Numbered from the stretch's first letter, positions 50,705 through 62,500 are shown. The stretch is 64,000 bases of DNA from Verrucomicrobiota bacterium (GCA_027622665.1 JAQBYT010000005.1:64001-128000); one strand, 5' to 3'. Program-made: numbers and translations. The notes: a model not told the origin generated them from the sequence alone.

Positions 50705-53668
50705 ATGCGCCCGAAAACTCTACTCCTTTTCTTATTCGCAATTTTAGTAAACGGGCTTTCCGGAGAAGAGAAAATTTCCGCCGAAGCTCTCGCTTTCTGG
50801 AAAAAGGAAGCAAAGCCCCTGCTCGAGCAGAATTGCTGGAAGTGTCACGGGGCAAAGGAACGCATAAAAGGGGATCTTCTTCTCACTACTCGCGAGGGTG
50901 TTCTCATAGGAGGTGAAATAGGGTCTTCGGTCAACTTGGAGAAACCCGAAACCAGTCTTCTCTTGGAAATGGTTTCCTACAAGGATGAGGATCACGAGAT
51001 GCCGCCACTCGGCAAACTGAAGGACTCGGAAATCGCTGTCCTCGAAAAATGGATCAAGCTTGGTCTTCCATTCGCTTCCGAAGACGAGATACATGGGAAA
51101 GAAGGACACAAGGTAACCGCTGGTGAAGACAACACGAAGGTCAACGAACGAACAATGTCACATTGGGGTTTCGTGAAGCCTAAGCGTCTCGAATTGCCCG
51201 AGGTGAAAGACAAGTCGGCTAAGCACCCGATCGATCGTTTTATTTTGGCGAAACTCGATGCTTCGGGTCTAACGCCCAACCCTTTGGCCTCCAAGGAAGC
51301 CCTCCTTCGGAGAGCCTCTTTCGATCTTATAGGAATCGCTCCCAGTCCGGATCAAGTGAGCGATTTCTTGACCGATGATTCGGCCGACGCTTTCGAGGCA
51401 GTTATCGATGATTTGCTGGCTATGCCTCAATACGGGGAAAAGTGGGGGCGCCATTGGTTGGACTTAGTTCGCTATGCTGAAACAAATGGATATGAAAGAG
51501 ACAGTGACAAACCGATGGCTTGGCGTTTTCGGGACTATGTCATCAAAGCCTTTAATGACAATAAACCTTACGATCGCTTTGTTCAAGAACAGCTTGCCGG
51601 CGATGAATTGCCCGATGCCGATGCCGATGCCATTACTGCCACAGGTTTTCATCGTCTTGGAATTTGGGACGACGAACCTGCAGACCGAAAACTCGCCCGC
51701 TACGACTACCTCGATGACATCCTAAAGACTACCAGCGATGTTTTTCTCGGCATGAGTGTGGGTTGCGCTCGTTGCCATGATCATAAGATCGATCCCATTC
51801 CTACCAAGGATTACTACTCCCTGCTTTCTTTCTTCGCCAATGTATCGAACCATGGCAAAGGCGGGGCCAACCTAGTGAAGGTCGAGAGCTTTTCTGGTAA
51901 TGGCGAGTACGACAAGCAGTTCGAAAAGTGGTCAAAGAGGGATGCTGACCTGCGTAGGCAAATGGAGAAAATTGAAAAAGACTTCTTTGAAGAACTGGCA
52001 CTTCGCCAACCTGAAATCAAGGTTAACAAGCCCGGCAAAAATACCAAGGCGAAGCAGAACGTTATTCTGCATGATGCGCGCTCAGGTGAGGTGGCGTGGA
52101 ATTACTCCACAAAAAAACCAGACGATCACTGGTTCGAGATCGCCTACGATGACTCCAAGTGGGATTCCGGCAAGGCAGGTTTTGGAGTCAAGGGGACTCC
52201 GGGTGCTATCGTCCGAACCGAATGGCGTGGCAAGGCAATCTGGATGCGAACAAGTTTTCGTCTGGCTGCCGTACCTAACAATCTCTCGATCAACGTTCAT
52301 CACGACGAAGACGTACAAATCTATCTCAACGGCAAACTAGTGAAGGAATTGGGTGGGCATGTTTCAAATTATGAAACGCACGATGTCTCCAAGGTCGCTG
52401 CAGACGTACTTCAGACCGGCAAAAACGTTCTCGCGGTCCATTGTCGGCAAACTGGTGGCGGACAGTACGTTGACGTCGGGGTGTCATCCTCCGATCAGTT
52501 CGCGGATCTAGCATCCCTTATGCGCAAGTTCGGTAAGGATTACATCGGTGACGCAGCACTGAAAAATCACCGCCGCAACACTCGCGACCTTGCCAATCAT
52601 GCCGGCCAAAAGCCATCGGCGAGCAAGTACGAGGTTATGGCTGTGGCCGAGTCGGGTAACAACATTATCAAAGTATTGCATCGCGGTAACCCCGTACTTG
52701 AGGGTGATGTCGTTCAACCCTCTTTCCCGAGCGTTCTGCGACCTCCGGCAGCCGTTATCCCTGACAGTTATAAAACCGCCAGGACCTCCGGCCGTCGCCG
52801 GGTTCTCGCTGAATGGATTACCTCCAAAGACAATCCCGTTTCCGCACGAGTAATGATGAACAGGGTTTGGCAGCACCATTTCGGGCGTGGCATCGTTCGT
52901 AGCACAAGTGACTATGGTTTTCAGGGAATCAAACCCACTCACCCCGCCTTGCTCGACTGGTTGGCCGTTGAGTTCATGGATCGAGACTGGAATATTAAGG
53001 CAATGCACAAGCTGATCATGACGTCGAAGGCCTACCGACGTTCATCTGCTCCCAGTGATTTAGCTTTCGAAAAAGATCCGATAAACGATCTATTTAGGCG
53101 TTTCGACATGCGGCGGTTGACGGCCGAGGAGATTCGCGACTCGATTTTGTCGGCATGCGGTTCACTCAACTTAAAGCCCGGTGGTCCTAGTATCACTCCT
53201 CCCCTCCCTCAAATAGTTCTCGCAACCGCGTCTCGTCCGGGGGCGGGGTGGGGCAAGTCGTCTCCAGAAGAGTCTGCTCGTCGGAGCGTTTACGTGAAGG
53301 TGAAGCGCTCCATGCAAATGCCTATTCTTATCAATCACGACATGGCCGACATGGATACTTCGTGTCCCGTACGTTTTGCCACCACGGTGCCCACTCAATC
53401 TCTAAATATGCTTAACGGAAAGTTCATGAACGATTCGGCGAAGGTTTTTGCCAAGCGACTTCGCGACGAAGCGGGTGCTGCTCCCGCGGATCAAGTTGCT
53501 CGAGCTTTTCAGATCGCGTTATCAAGGAAGCCCTCTGAAAAAGAAGTTAGCTCGGGTCTCGCAATGATTAAAGACATGCGTTCTATGGGCGGCCTTTCCG
53601 AAGAAGTCGCTTTGGAACGCTTTGCTCTCCTCGCCCTCAACCTTAATGAATTTGTCTACTTGGACTGA
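50705..53668 (+). CDS. Planctomycete cytochrome c / DUF1549 / DUF1553 (PSD1) protein with galactose-binding-like insert
   Basis: CWKCH, GEKWGRHWLD, CARCHDHKIDP, W..G.AGFG...HHDEDV.IYLNG...N.LAVHCRQ, PTHPALLD, EFVYLD. Confidence 0.9.
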   Translation: MRPKTLLLFLFAILVNGLSGEEKISAEALAFWKKEAKPLLEQNCWKCHGAKERIKGDLLLTTREGVLIGGEIGSSVNLEKPETSLLLEMVSYKDEDHEMPPLGKLKDSEIAVLEKWIKLGLPFASEDEIHGKEGHKVTAGEDNTKVNERTMSHWGFVKPKRLELPEVKDKSAKHPIDRFILAKLDASGLTPNPLASKEALLRRASFDLIGIAPSPDQVSDFLTDDSADAFEAVIDDLLAMPQYGEKWGRHWLDLVRYAETNGYERDSDKPMAWRFRDYVIKAFNDNKPYDRFVQEQLAGDELPDADADAITATGFHRLGIWDDEPADRKLARYDYLDDILKTTSDVFLGMSVGCARCHDHKIDPIPTKDYYSLLSFFANVSNHGKGGANLVKVESFSGNGEYDKQFEKWSKRDADLRRQMEKIEKDFFEELALRQPEIKVNKPGKNTKAKQNVILHDARSGEVAWNYSTKKPDDHWFEIAYDDSKWDSGKAGFGVKGTPGAIVRTEWRGKAIWMRTSFRLAAVPNNLSINVHHDEDVQIYLNGKLVKELGGHVSNYETHDVSKVAADVLQTGKNVLAVHCRQTGGGQYVDVGVSSSDQFADLASLMRKFGKDYIGDAALKNHRRNTRDLANHAGQKPSASKYEVMAVAESGNNIIKVLHRGNPVLEGDVVQPSFPSVLRPPAAVIPDSYKTARTSGRRRVLAEWITSKDNPVSARVMMNRVWQHHFGRGIVRSTSDYGFQGIKPTHPALLDWLAVEFMDRDWNIKAMHKLIMTSKAYRRSSAPSDLAFEKDPINDLFRRFDMRRLTAEEIRDSILSACGSLNLKPGGPSITPPLPQIVLATASRPGAGWGKSSPEESARRSVYVKVKRSMQMPILINHDMADMDTSCPVRFATTVPTQSLNMLNGKFMNDSAKVFAKRLRDEAGAAPADQVARAFQIALSRKPSEKEVSSGLAMIKDMRSMGGLSEEVALERFALLALNLNEFVYLD

Positions 53669-53708
53669 ACCCCTATAACTTTCCTTCTACCCCATCATCT
53701 GAAATATC

Positions 53709-55175
53709 ATGAACAAGCCACAAAACACATTCTGCGGACAGGTCCATCGCCGTGAGTTCCTCAAAGATATTGGCGGAGGTTTTGCCTCTCTTGGGTTAAC
53801 GGGAATGTTGGCTCAAGATGGCTTTTTCCAGTCACAAGCAACTGCTCAGGAAATGGCGAAATTCGTCAATCCGCTAGCACCCAAGGAGCCTCATTACAAG
53901 GGGAAGGCCAAATCGGTCATCTTCCTTTTCATGTATGGCGGCCCCAGCCAAGTCGACACCTTTGATCACAAGCCAAAGCTCTATCCTCTCGATGGAAAGA
54001 CCATCGATATAAAGACATTTGGTCGTGGGGGTAAACGCAACAAGAGTAGAGTGGTCGGACCTAAATGGCAGTTCAAGGAATACGGCCAATGTCAAAAAAT
54101 GGTTTCAGATCTTTTCCCAAACATCGGCTCTTGTGTGGATGATATTGCCTTTGTTCATTCCATGACTGCGGATTCACCTATACATGGTTCGGCTATGCTA
54201 ATGATGAATGCTGGCCAATTGCTTTCCGGTCACCCGTCCATTGGTTCATGGGTGAACTATGGTCTGGGTAGCGTGAACGAGAATCTTCCCGGTTACGTTG
54301 TTATGCTGGATAAGACCGGTGGTCCCATCAGCGGTGCCAAGAACTGGTCTAGTGGTTACATGCCGGCTAGTTACCAAGGCACGGTGCTGCGTTCTCAGGG
54401 AACGCCAATTCTGGATCTCGAAAATGCAGATGGGATGAGTAAGACCGAACAGCGTACGCTTTTGGATCACCTTCGAAAGGCAAATGAGGGGCACCTTTCC
54501 GAGCGCTACGACAACACCAACCTTGCCGCTAGAGTAGCCTCATACGAGCTTGCTTATAAGATGCAGGCATCGGCCCCCGAGGCTGTCGACTTGGACAAGG
54601 AGCCGGACCACATCAAAAAGCTTTACGGTATTGATGGTTCTAGAACCGAAGATTTTGGTCGGAAGTGTTTGCTTGCTCGTCGCCTTGTTGAGCGCGGAGT
54701 GCGCTTTGTCCAAATTTACTCAGGTGGAAACCACAACGATGCCAACTGGGATGCCCATGGTGATCTTGTAAAGAATCACACCTATCATGCAGGCAATACG
54801 GACAAAGCTATCGCTGGTCTTCTAAAGGATCTTAAACAGCAAGGGTTACTTGATGAGACTCTCGTTGTCTGGGGTGGCGAATTCGGTCGTCAACCGACTG
54901 CAGAATATGCGAAGGGTACCGGTCGGGATCATAATTCCTATGGCTTTACCATGTGGATGGCCGGTGGCGGGATAAAGGGCGGCATTAGTGTGGGCGAGAC
55001 TGATGAATTAGGTAGTGCCGCCGTTGTCGATCGCTTCCACGTTAAGCGCCTACATTCCACTATATTACATCTGATGGGGCTCGATCCCAATGCCCTAAAT
55101 TATTTCTATGGCGGTCTCAATCGCCGCTTAGTGGGAGTAGAAGGCGCTGAGCCGATAGAACAGCTTTTGGCCTAA
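53709..55175 (+). CDS. DUF1501 protein (Tat-exported)
   Basis: HRREFL, GGPSQVDTFD.KP, ARRLVERGVRFVQ, WDAH, EFGRQP, GRDH. Confidence 0.92.
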   Translation: MNKPQNTFCGQVHRREFLKDIGGGFASLGLTGMLAQDGFFQSQATAQEMAKFVNPLAPKEPHYKGKAKSVIFLFMYGGPSQVDTFDHKPKLYPLDGKTIDIKTFGRGGKRNKSRVVGPKWQFKEYGQCQKMVSDLFPNIGSCVDDIAFVHSMTADSPIHGSAMLMMNAGQLLSGHPSIGSWVNYGLGSVNENLPGYVVMLDKTGGPISGAKNWSSGYMPASYQGTVLRSQGTPILDLENADGMSKTEQRTLLDHLRKANEGHLSERYDNTNLAARVASYELAYKMQASAPEAVDLDKEPDHIKKLYGIDGSRTEDFGRKCLLARRLVERGVRFVQIYSGGNHNDANWDAHGDLVKNHTYHAGNTDKAIAGLLKDLKQQGLLDETLVVWGGEFGRQPTAEYAKGTGRDHNSYGFTMWMAGGGIKGGISVGETDELGSAAVVDRFHVKRLHSTILHLMGLDPNALNYFYGGLNRRLVGVEGAEPIEQLLA

Positions 55176-55249
55176 AGATCCAAGAACTCTAGTCTGTCGG
55201 TCAATTCCGCTCGCGAAAACCGTGGGCATTCTCTAGGTGTTGGTTAGAA

Positions 55250-56323
55250 ATGAGTGAAACATCCCAGCGTCCTCTTCTTACCGACAAATCTCCCGAGGAT
55301 TGGGACTTCCCTGATGTTCCCGCATACAGAGCGGAGCAAATCCGTCAATGGGTCTACGATAAAGGCGTGCTCGATTTCGATGCCATGTCCAACTTGCCTT
55401 CCGACTTGCGGACTCGACTTGCGAATGAATGGGAGATCCGACCTATGGAGCAAGCCCGCGTTCAAGGATCTGCCGACATCACTCGCAAATTTTTATGGCG
55501 CTTACGCGACGGCCAGTTCATCGAAAGCGTTCTGATTCCGGCCACACTAGGTACGGATGGTTCTCGTGCTTCGCGCCTCACGCTTTGCGTTTCCACTCAA
55601 GTCGGATGCGCCCTCGGGTGCAAGTTTTGCGCAAGTGGACTCGACGGATTAAAGCGAAACCTATCAACTGGGGAAATCTTAGGTCAAATCCTGCTCGCGA
55701 GGAACGAGGCTGGTCGCAGGATCGACAACCTCGTCTTCATGGGAATGGGCGAGCCTCTCGCAAATTTGCCCGCACTTTTGCCTGCCCTCGACGTGATTCT
55801 ATCTCCCAAGGGATTGGGAATCGGCGCTCGACACGTAACCCTTTCCACGAGTGGACTTGTTCCGCGTATTCTAGAACTTGCCTCTTACCCTGCACAAATC
55901 CGCCTAGCTATCTCTCTTCATGGCGGCGACGACGCCACTCGCGAGAAAATCATGCCGATCAACAAGCGCTACCCCGTGGCAGAGCTACTCGACGCCTGTG
56001 AAACCTTTGTGAGAACCCGTCGCAAGATGATCACGCTCGAATACATTCTGATCGACGGAGTGAACGATGATCCTGTCCAAGCTACAAAGCTTGCTGCCCA
56101 CGCCCGACGGCTTCGAGCCAAGGTGAATCTAATCCCCTACAACAAAGTAGATGGGCTTGAATGGGAACGGCCTTCGGAGAACCGCATCAGAACCTTTCTA
56201 CAAACGGTCGAGAGAGGACACCCGCCCGCGGTGACTCTTCGTACGGAAAAAGGTCATGACATCGACGCAGCTTGTGGTCAGCTTCGCTTGAGAGAGCAAA
56301 AAGCAGAAGGCTGTAATCCTTAG
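55250..56323 (+). CDS. rlmN: 23S rRNA (adenine 2503-C2)-methyltransferase RlmN
   Basis: CVSTQVGCALGCKFC, FMGMGEP, ISLH, VNLIPYN, DIDAACGQL. Confidence 0.96.
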   Translation: MSETSQRPLLTDKSPEDWDFPDVPAYRAEQIRQWVYDKGVLDFDAMSNLPSDLRTRLANEWEIRPMEQARVQGSADITRKFLWRLRDGQFIESVLIPATLGTDGSRASRLTLCVSTQVGCALGCKFCASGLDGLKRNLSTGEILGQILLARNEAGRRIDNLVFMGMGEPLANLPALLPALDVILSPKGLGIGARHVTLSTSGLVPRILELASYPAQIRLAISLHGGDDATREKIMPINKRYPVAELLDACETFVRTRRKMITLEYILIDGVNDDPVQATKLAAHARRLRAKVNLIPYNKVDGLEWERPSENRIRTFLQTVERGHPPAVTLRTEKGHDIDAACGQLRLREQKAEGCNP

Positions 56324-56442
56324 AGGAGTGTATTTCGAAAATTCAATTAACTGTGTGCAGCATCTTTTCCCCTAGGAACGAAAGCTTGTAAAGTGGAGCT
56401 TTTTACTTTGCGGATTTCACAACTTATCGTTCTTTTTTTTCT

Positions 56443-59400
56443 ATGTTCTCTTATCGTATCCTCTCTATTTTCTTAGCGTTAGCTTTTCTTCTTAATATCG
56501 GCGTGAAAGCCGTTCAACCCAAAGCCAAATGGATTTGGGATGCTAGGGGCGATCGTCCCAATAACCCGCTTTATTTTGCCAAAACGGTAGATTTGGAAAG
56601 TGCTCCGAAAGCAGCCAAGCTTCTGTTTACTTGCGATAACAGCAGCACGGTGTTCGTTAATGGTAAATCAATAGGTACCAGTGGGAATTGGAACGCTGCC
56701 GTATCTGCGGATGTCAAAAAACTGCTGAAGAAGGGTGGCAACGTGATAGCGGCCGTAGCCCACAATGCCAGTGGTCCGGCGGGTTTTGTGTTGCAATTGG
56801 AAATCACCAAAGCGGATGGCAAGAAGGTTGTGATCGTAACCGACGATTCTTGGCGTTTTGTCGATAAGGACCCCAAGGATCTTCTTGGAGAGGCGACCAA
56901 CTGGAAAATGGAAGGATTTCCCAACGGGAAAAAACCTGTTGTAGTCGGCACGATTGGGGATGATCCATGGGGCTATGTCTTTTCAAATGGAGGCGGAAGT
57001 CCCTCAGCGCCTAGGCCCGCAGGAATCGCCAACAACACGCTTCGTAGCACCGAAGGGTTTAAGGTGGAAATGATTTACGATGTTCCTCGCTCCCAAGGCT
57101 CATGGGTTTCACTTGCCGTGGACGAAAAAGGACGAATCTACGCCTGTGATCAAGGCGGGGCGGGCCTTTATCGCATCACTTTGCCAAGTGGAGAAAAAGA
57201 AATCTTCGTCGAAAAGATGGATGTGAAAATGACGGGCGGACATGGTATGCTTTGGGCATTTGATAGCCTTTACGTTTGTGCCAATGGCGGCCCCGGCAGC
57301 GGCCTTTATCGCCTTAAGGACACCACCGGCGACGATCAGTTCGACAAACTTGAAAAACTAAGAGCGATTTCCGGTGGTGGGGAGCATGGTCCCCATGACG
57401 TGGAGTTGGGACCTGACGGGAAGAAACTTTACGTCGTCGCTGGGAATATGACCAGACTACCTTCGCTGGAAGGTTCTTTGGTGCCCAAGGTCTGGCAGGA
57501 GGACCAGTTGCTGCCTCGGATGCCCGATGCTCGCGGGCATGCTCGTTCCGTCATGGCGCCGGGCGGTTGGATCTGTCGTACTGATCCCGAGGGTAAATCA
57601 TGGGAATTGGTGAGTACCGGATTTCGCAACACCTATGGAATCGCCTTCAACGGCGATGGCGAATTGTTCGGATACGATTCCGATATGGAATGGGATGCAG
57701 GTTCACCATGGTATCGGCCGACGCGAATTTGCCACGCCGTGAATGGGGGAGAGTTCGGTTGGCGAAACGGGTCTGGCAAGTTTCCTGCCTACTATGCCGA
57801 TACTTTGCCTGCGGTGGTGGACATCGGCCCCGGATCTCCAACGGGCGTAATTTCAGGATCGGGTGCAAAATTTCCTTCCAAGTATCAATCGGCCATCTAC
57901 GCACTCGACTGGACTTATGGTTCCATTTGGGCCATTCACCTGAAGCCTGAGGGCAGTTCCTACAAGGCAATGAGGGAAGAGTTCGTGGGCGGAAAACCTC
58001 TCCCCGTGACCGATGCCATAATCCACCCGCAAGACGGATCTATGTATTTTGCGGTTGGCGGGCGTGGGTCGAAATCTTTTCTCTATAAAGTTTCCTACTC
58101 GGGCAGTGAATCAACCAAGGCGGTTTCCGGAAGCTTTGCCGTTGGAAAAGATCTACGAACCATCCGTCGTTCAATGGAAGATTTGCAGCGACCGGGAAAT
58201 AAGGGCGACCTTAACAAGATCTGGAAGAACCTTGGCAGCGATGATCGTTTCATTCGTAATGCCGCCCGTGTTGCTCTAGAGCATCAACCGGTGGACGCAT
58301 GGTCGTCCAAGGCTTTGGCCGAACAGGATCCCCAATCCTTACTTTCTGCTGTCACTGCTCTTGCTCGCAATGCTTCCTCTGACTTGCGAGACAAAATTCT
58401 CATTGCTCTCGACCGTCTTGATTGGGTTAAGCTAAGTGAGGTCCGCCAACTGCACTTGTTGCGAAACTATGGTCTTGTCTTCACCCGTCTTGGTAGGCCT
58501 ACCCCGAAAGCTGCGGCAAAGCTAATCAGCAAGCTAGACCCTCACTACCCTGCCGCCAGTGATGCTCTTAATCGTGAACTCTGCATCATGCTCACCTATC
58601 TCGAGGCCGATTCAGTACCTGCAAAAACTATCCCCATGCTTGCGCAAAATCGTAACGAGCAGGACGACTACCTAGACACGAAACTTCTCGTTCGAAGTGG
58701 CTATGGCAACGCTTTCCTTGCCACCTTGGACTCGCGGCCCGAGAAACAACAAATCAACTATGCTTACTGTCTCCGCGTGGCCAAGGCCGGTTGGACTCCG
58801 AGTCTGCGGAAAAGCTTCTTTAGTTGGTTTAACAATGCCAAGCGTTTCCGCGGCGGGAACAGTTTCTCCGGCTTTCTCAACAATATAAAGAAGGAAGCCC
58901 TCAAGAATGTTCCCGATGAGGAAAGGTCGCAACTGGCAGTCTTGAGCGAAGAGCTTACAACTACTATTGCCGCTGTGCTTCCTCGCCCCAAGGGTCCTGG
59001 TCGTACATGGACCGTTGAAACTGTTGGCAAGCTTGCCGAAAAGGAGGGATTGAATGATCGAGACCTAACCAATGGACACGCAATGTTTAAAGCCGGCCTA
59101 TGCGCGAACTGTCATCTCTTTGGCAGTGAAGGTGGCTTGGGCGGACCTGATCTGACTGAGGCCGGCACGCGTTTTGGTCCCCGCGACCTCGCGGACGCCA
59201 TCCTCAACCCGAACAACGTGATTTCAGACCAGTATAATAATAGCGTGGTGGTCAAAAAAGACGGTACCGAGCAGTTCGGCCGAATCCTGGGAGAAGAAGA
59301 CGGTCACATGCTCATTATGCCAACACCAATGGCCCCCGATCATGTTCTTAGAATTCCCAAAGGAGAAATCAAGGAAACTAAACCATCCAAATTGTCCGCC

Positions 59401-59481
59401 ATGATGCCCGGCTTGATCAACTCAATGAACCCCGACGAAGTCCTCGACCTACTCGCTTTCCTTCGAAGCGGAGTGAAGTAG
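56443..59481 (+). CDS. PVC-type heme-c (CxxCH) protein with N-terminal galactose-binding-like domain
   Basis: AKWIW, TCDN..VFVNG, TDDSW; GGEHGPH, DMEWD.GSPWYRPTR, CANCH...GPDLT, AMMPGL. Confidence 0.85.
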   Translation: MFSYRILSIFLALAFLLNIGVKAVQPKAKWIWDARGDRPNNPLYFAKTVDLESAPKAAKLLFTCDNSSTVFVNGKSIGTSGNWNAAVSADVKKLLKKGGNVIAAVAHNASGPAGFVLQLEITKADGKKVVIVTDDSWRFVDKDPKDLLGEATNWKMEGFPNGKKPVVVGTIGDDPWGYVFSNGGGSPSAPRPAGIANNTLRSTEGFKVEMIYDVPRSQGSWVSLAVDEKGRIYACDQGGAGLYRITLPSGEKEIFVEKMDVKMTGGHGMLWAFDSLYVCANGGPGSGLYRLKDTTGDDQFDKLEKLRAISGGGEHGPHDVELGPDGKKLYVVAGNMTRLPSLEGSLVPKVWQEDQLLPRMPDARGHARSVMAPGGWICRTDPEGKSWELVSTGFRNTYGIAFNGDGELFGYDSDMEWDAGSPWYRPTRICHAVNGGEFGWRNGSGKFPAYYADTLPAVVDIGPGSPTGVISGSGAKFPSKYQSAIYALDWTYGSIWAIHLKPEGSSYKAMREEFVGGKPLPVTDAIIHPQDGSMYFAVGGRGSKSFLYKVSYSGSESTKAVSGSFAVGKDLRTIRRSMEDLQRPGNKGDLNKIWKNLGSDDRFIRNAARVALEHQPVDAWSSKALAEQDPQSLLSAVTALARNASSDLRDKILIALDRLDWVKLSEVRQLHLLRNYGLVFTRLGRPTPKAAAKLISKLDPHYPAASDALNRELCIMLTYLEADSVPAKTIPMLAQNRNEQDDYLDTKLLVRSGYGNAFLATLDSRPEKQQINYAYCLRVAKAGWTPSLRKSFFSWFNNAKRFRGGNSFSGFLNNIKKEALKNVPDEERSQLAVLSEELTTTIAAVLPRPKGPGRTWTVETVGKLAEKEGLNDRDLTNGHAMFKAGLCANCHLFGSEGGLGGPDLTEAGTRFGPRDLADAILNPNNVISDQYNNSVVVKKDGTEQFGRILGEEDGHMLIMPTPMAPDHVLRIPKGEIKETKPSKLSAMMPGLINSMNPDEVLDLLAFLRSGVK

Positions 59482-59554
59482 TCATCTAGGTGCTTATTTT
59501 AGAAATTAACGATTTCGCTTGTCCGTAAACGGGTTCATGCCGAGATTTATAGGA

Positions 59555-62500
59555 ATGAAACTCTTTGGATGTTTGTTGGGCTCGTACCTTCTGGTTGTGA
59601 TTCTTTCCCCGTTAACTTTTGCTAGTGATTCACTGGATAAAGCTAATCTCCTTTCTTCTGAAATCAACTTTCAGTTATCAAATGGAGATAAGGTCGTAGC
59701 CAACCGAATCTCCGGCATGGATCTGGGTGGAGGGGATTTCTCTTGGACTGGGGATTTGACGGGGGTGTCCGTAGGATTCATGACATTTGCTAAGGTCGAT
59801 GATTTGCTGAGCGGAACTGTTCATTTTGCTGCTGGTCACGCCTATTCCTTTCGCGGGCCATCGGGAGATCTGAAAATTAAACCTGTCAGTGCAAAAAAAC
59901 GCTCATGTGGTGGTTGCTTGCTTGGGAAGAAGTTACCGCCCGATCCCCGTCGGCAACGGCGCATCAAGACTTGGCGCAATGGCGACGGCAACCTTGTAGA
60001 CTTGCTGGTCGTCTATCCATCCGCCGTTGTCGATGAGGCGGCAGGAATCACCCCGTTGGCGGCGGATGTCGCCAAGGCCGTGGCCGACGCCAACCTCTGC
60101 TACCGCAACAGCCAAGTCAACTTACAGCTGCGTCTCGTCCATTTAGCTGAAGTTTCCTATACCCCGACGGGTGTCCTCGAAACGGACTTGGAACGCCTCG
60201 CGGGAACAGCTGACGGCTACATGGACGACGTCCACGCCCTTCGCGATCAATATGGCGCGGATCTCGTAGCTTTGCTTGCTACTGAGAGTAACTCCGGGGG
60301 ATTAGCCAATACCATGATGTACCCCAGTATTGATTTCGCCTCTCAAGGATTCAGCGTAAGTGTTTGGGATCAAATGGGTGCCCCCTCTTATACTCTTGCC
60401 CACGAACTAGGGCACAATATGGGCTGCTTGCATAATAGAGAGGACTCCAGTGACGTGGACGGAAGTTACGAATTCAGGTCTTTTTCCTATGGTAAACGAT
60501 GGCTTTCGGGAAATTCCGGATACGCTACTGTGATGTCCTACGATACCGAACCTACCTCCACCTTTCCTAACACGATACCTTTCTTCTCTAATCCCGATGT
60601 TTCTTATCTCGGAACAACTACCGGTAATGTAGGAACGGAGGACAATGCTCAGGTTCTTAAGTTTACTAGCCCTTATGTGGCCAATTTCCGTTCCGCAGTC
60701 GTGCAGAGTATTGTTCCTTCCCTCTCTTCGTTGGCGATCCAAGAAGGAAACTCGAGATCGTTTGGCGTCCGACTTGCGGTAAAGCCTTCCTCTCCCTTGT
60801 CGGTTAACATTTCCCTTGTTGCCGGCGGTGATGCCGACTTGATGATCACCAGTCCTTCATCGATGACCTTTGACTCGAGCAATTGGAACCTTCCGCACCC
60901 TTTGCAAATATCTGCCTTTTCGGATTCTGATACGGTCAACGGTAGTGCCACAATCAATCTTTCTGCAACAGGCGTCAACTCCACCACCGTATTAGTAACC
61001 GAAGTGGATTCCGGGACCACAATCTCGACTTCTCCTCTTATTGCAGGTATAGCGACCAACTCACTCGGTTTCGGGATTTCTGGAGTCACCATGACTTTTT
61101 CTAATGGAGGCGAACCAGTGGCCACCGACGCAAATGGCACCTTCCGGCATGAAGTCACCGAGGGGTGGAGCGGAATAATCACACCGAGTAAAATAGGTCA
61201 CACGTTTCTGCCTGCGAGTACTACGGTCAGTTCACTTTCTGCAGACTCAGTGGCTCACAACTTTACAGCTAGCCGTTCGAGCACACTCTTTGTCGACGTC
61301 GATGCATTTGGTGCCGGGGATGGTTCCAGTTGGACTAATGCCTACACGGATTTGGCAGTAGCATTGCGATCCAAGCATCCCTTTTCGGAGGTGTGGGTTG
61401 CCGAAGGCACCTATAAGCCGGGAGTTGTGCGCCCATCCGCTTTTCTGCTTCCTCCGGACATTCCCGTGTACGGAGGCTTTACGGGGGTGGAAACCTCCCT
61501 GACCCAAAGAGATTACTCGGCTAACATAACCATTCTCTCTGGCGATATCGGCGATCCTAATGTTTCTGCCGATAATTGTTATCACGTGGTGATCCCCACC
61601 GCAAATGCCACCCTAGATGGTTTTTTTATAACCGATGGCAATGCCAACGAAAATTATTCTGACGATCGAGGTAAAGGTGGTGCGCTTTGGGCTGAGCATT
61701 CGGCTTTTACGATCAAGAATTGTGTTTTCTCAAGTAACTCTGCCAATCAACAGGGAGGCGCCATTTTCTTGAATGAATCTAACGCAACGCTTATTGGTTG
61801 CACTTTCAATGGTAATATCACGGGCTCGACTGGCGATGGGGGCGCAGTTGATCTCAATTCTTCAACCCTTACGCTAACTGCCTGTCGTTTTGTTTCAAAT
61901 CACTCCTATTATTACGGTGGAGCCATTAACAGCCTAAATTCGAACTTAACACTCAACTCGAGTTCTTTCGTCACCAATCAAAGCCTTAACTCGAACGGTG
62001 GCGGGGCAATCCGGCTCAAAGGAGGTTCGATACAAGGCTCTTTTAACTCTTTTACTTCAAATAAAGCTACTCATGAAGGCGGGGCAATACTTTGGGAAGA
62101 AACAACGGGCTCTCTTTCAGATTCCAATTTCACATCCAATCAAAACCTTTCTTGGAATGGGGGAGGGGGCATCTATTTTAAAAATGCCTCGCCCACAATT
62201 TTGCGCTGCTCCTTTACTGGCAACATTACCAATGCCAACAACTCTGGTGGCGCTATCCATCTAAACAATGCTTCACCCACGATTTCTAATTGTGTTCTTG
62301 CCTCGAATGCAGCTGCCTTAAATTCCGGTGGCGCCATCTCCATTGATTCAAGTTCTCTTCCAGTACTGAGCGGCAACGAATTTCGATACAATTCCGCCGA
62401 AAGTTACGGGGGGGCAATTTATGTTTCCGGAGGACAGAACTTACTGGCAACAAATAACCTCTTTCTAGGGAATTATAGTAATTCTGGTGGCGCGGTCTCG

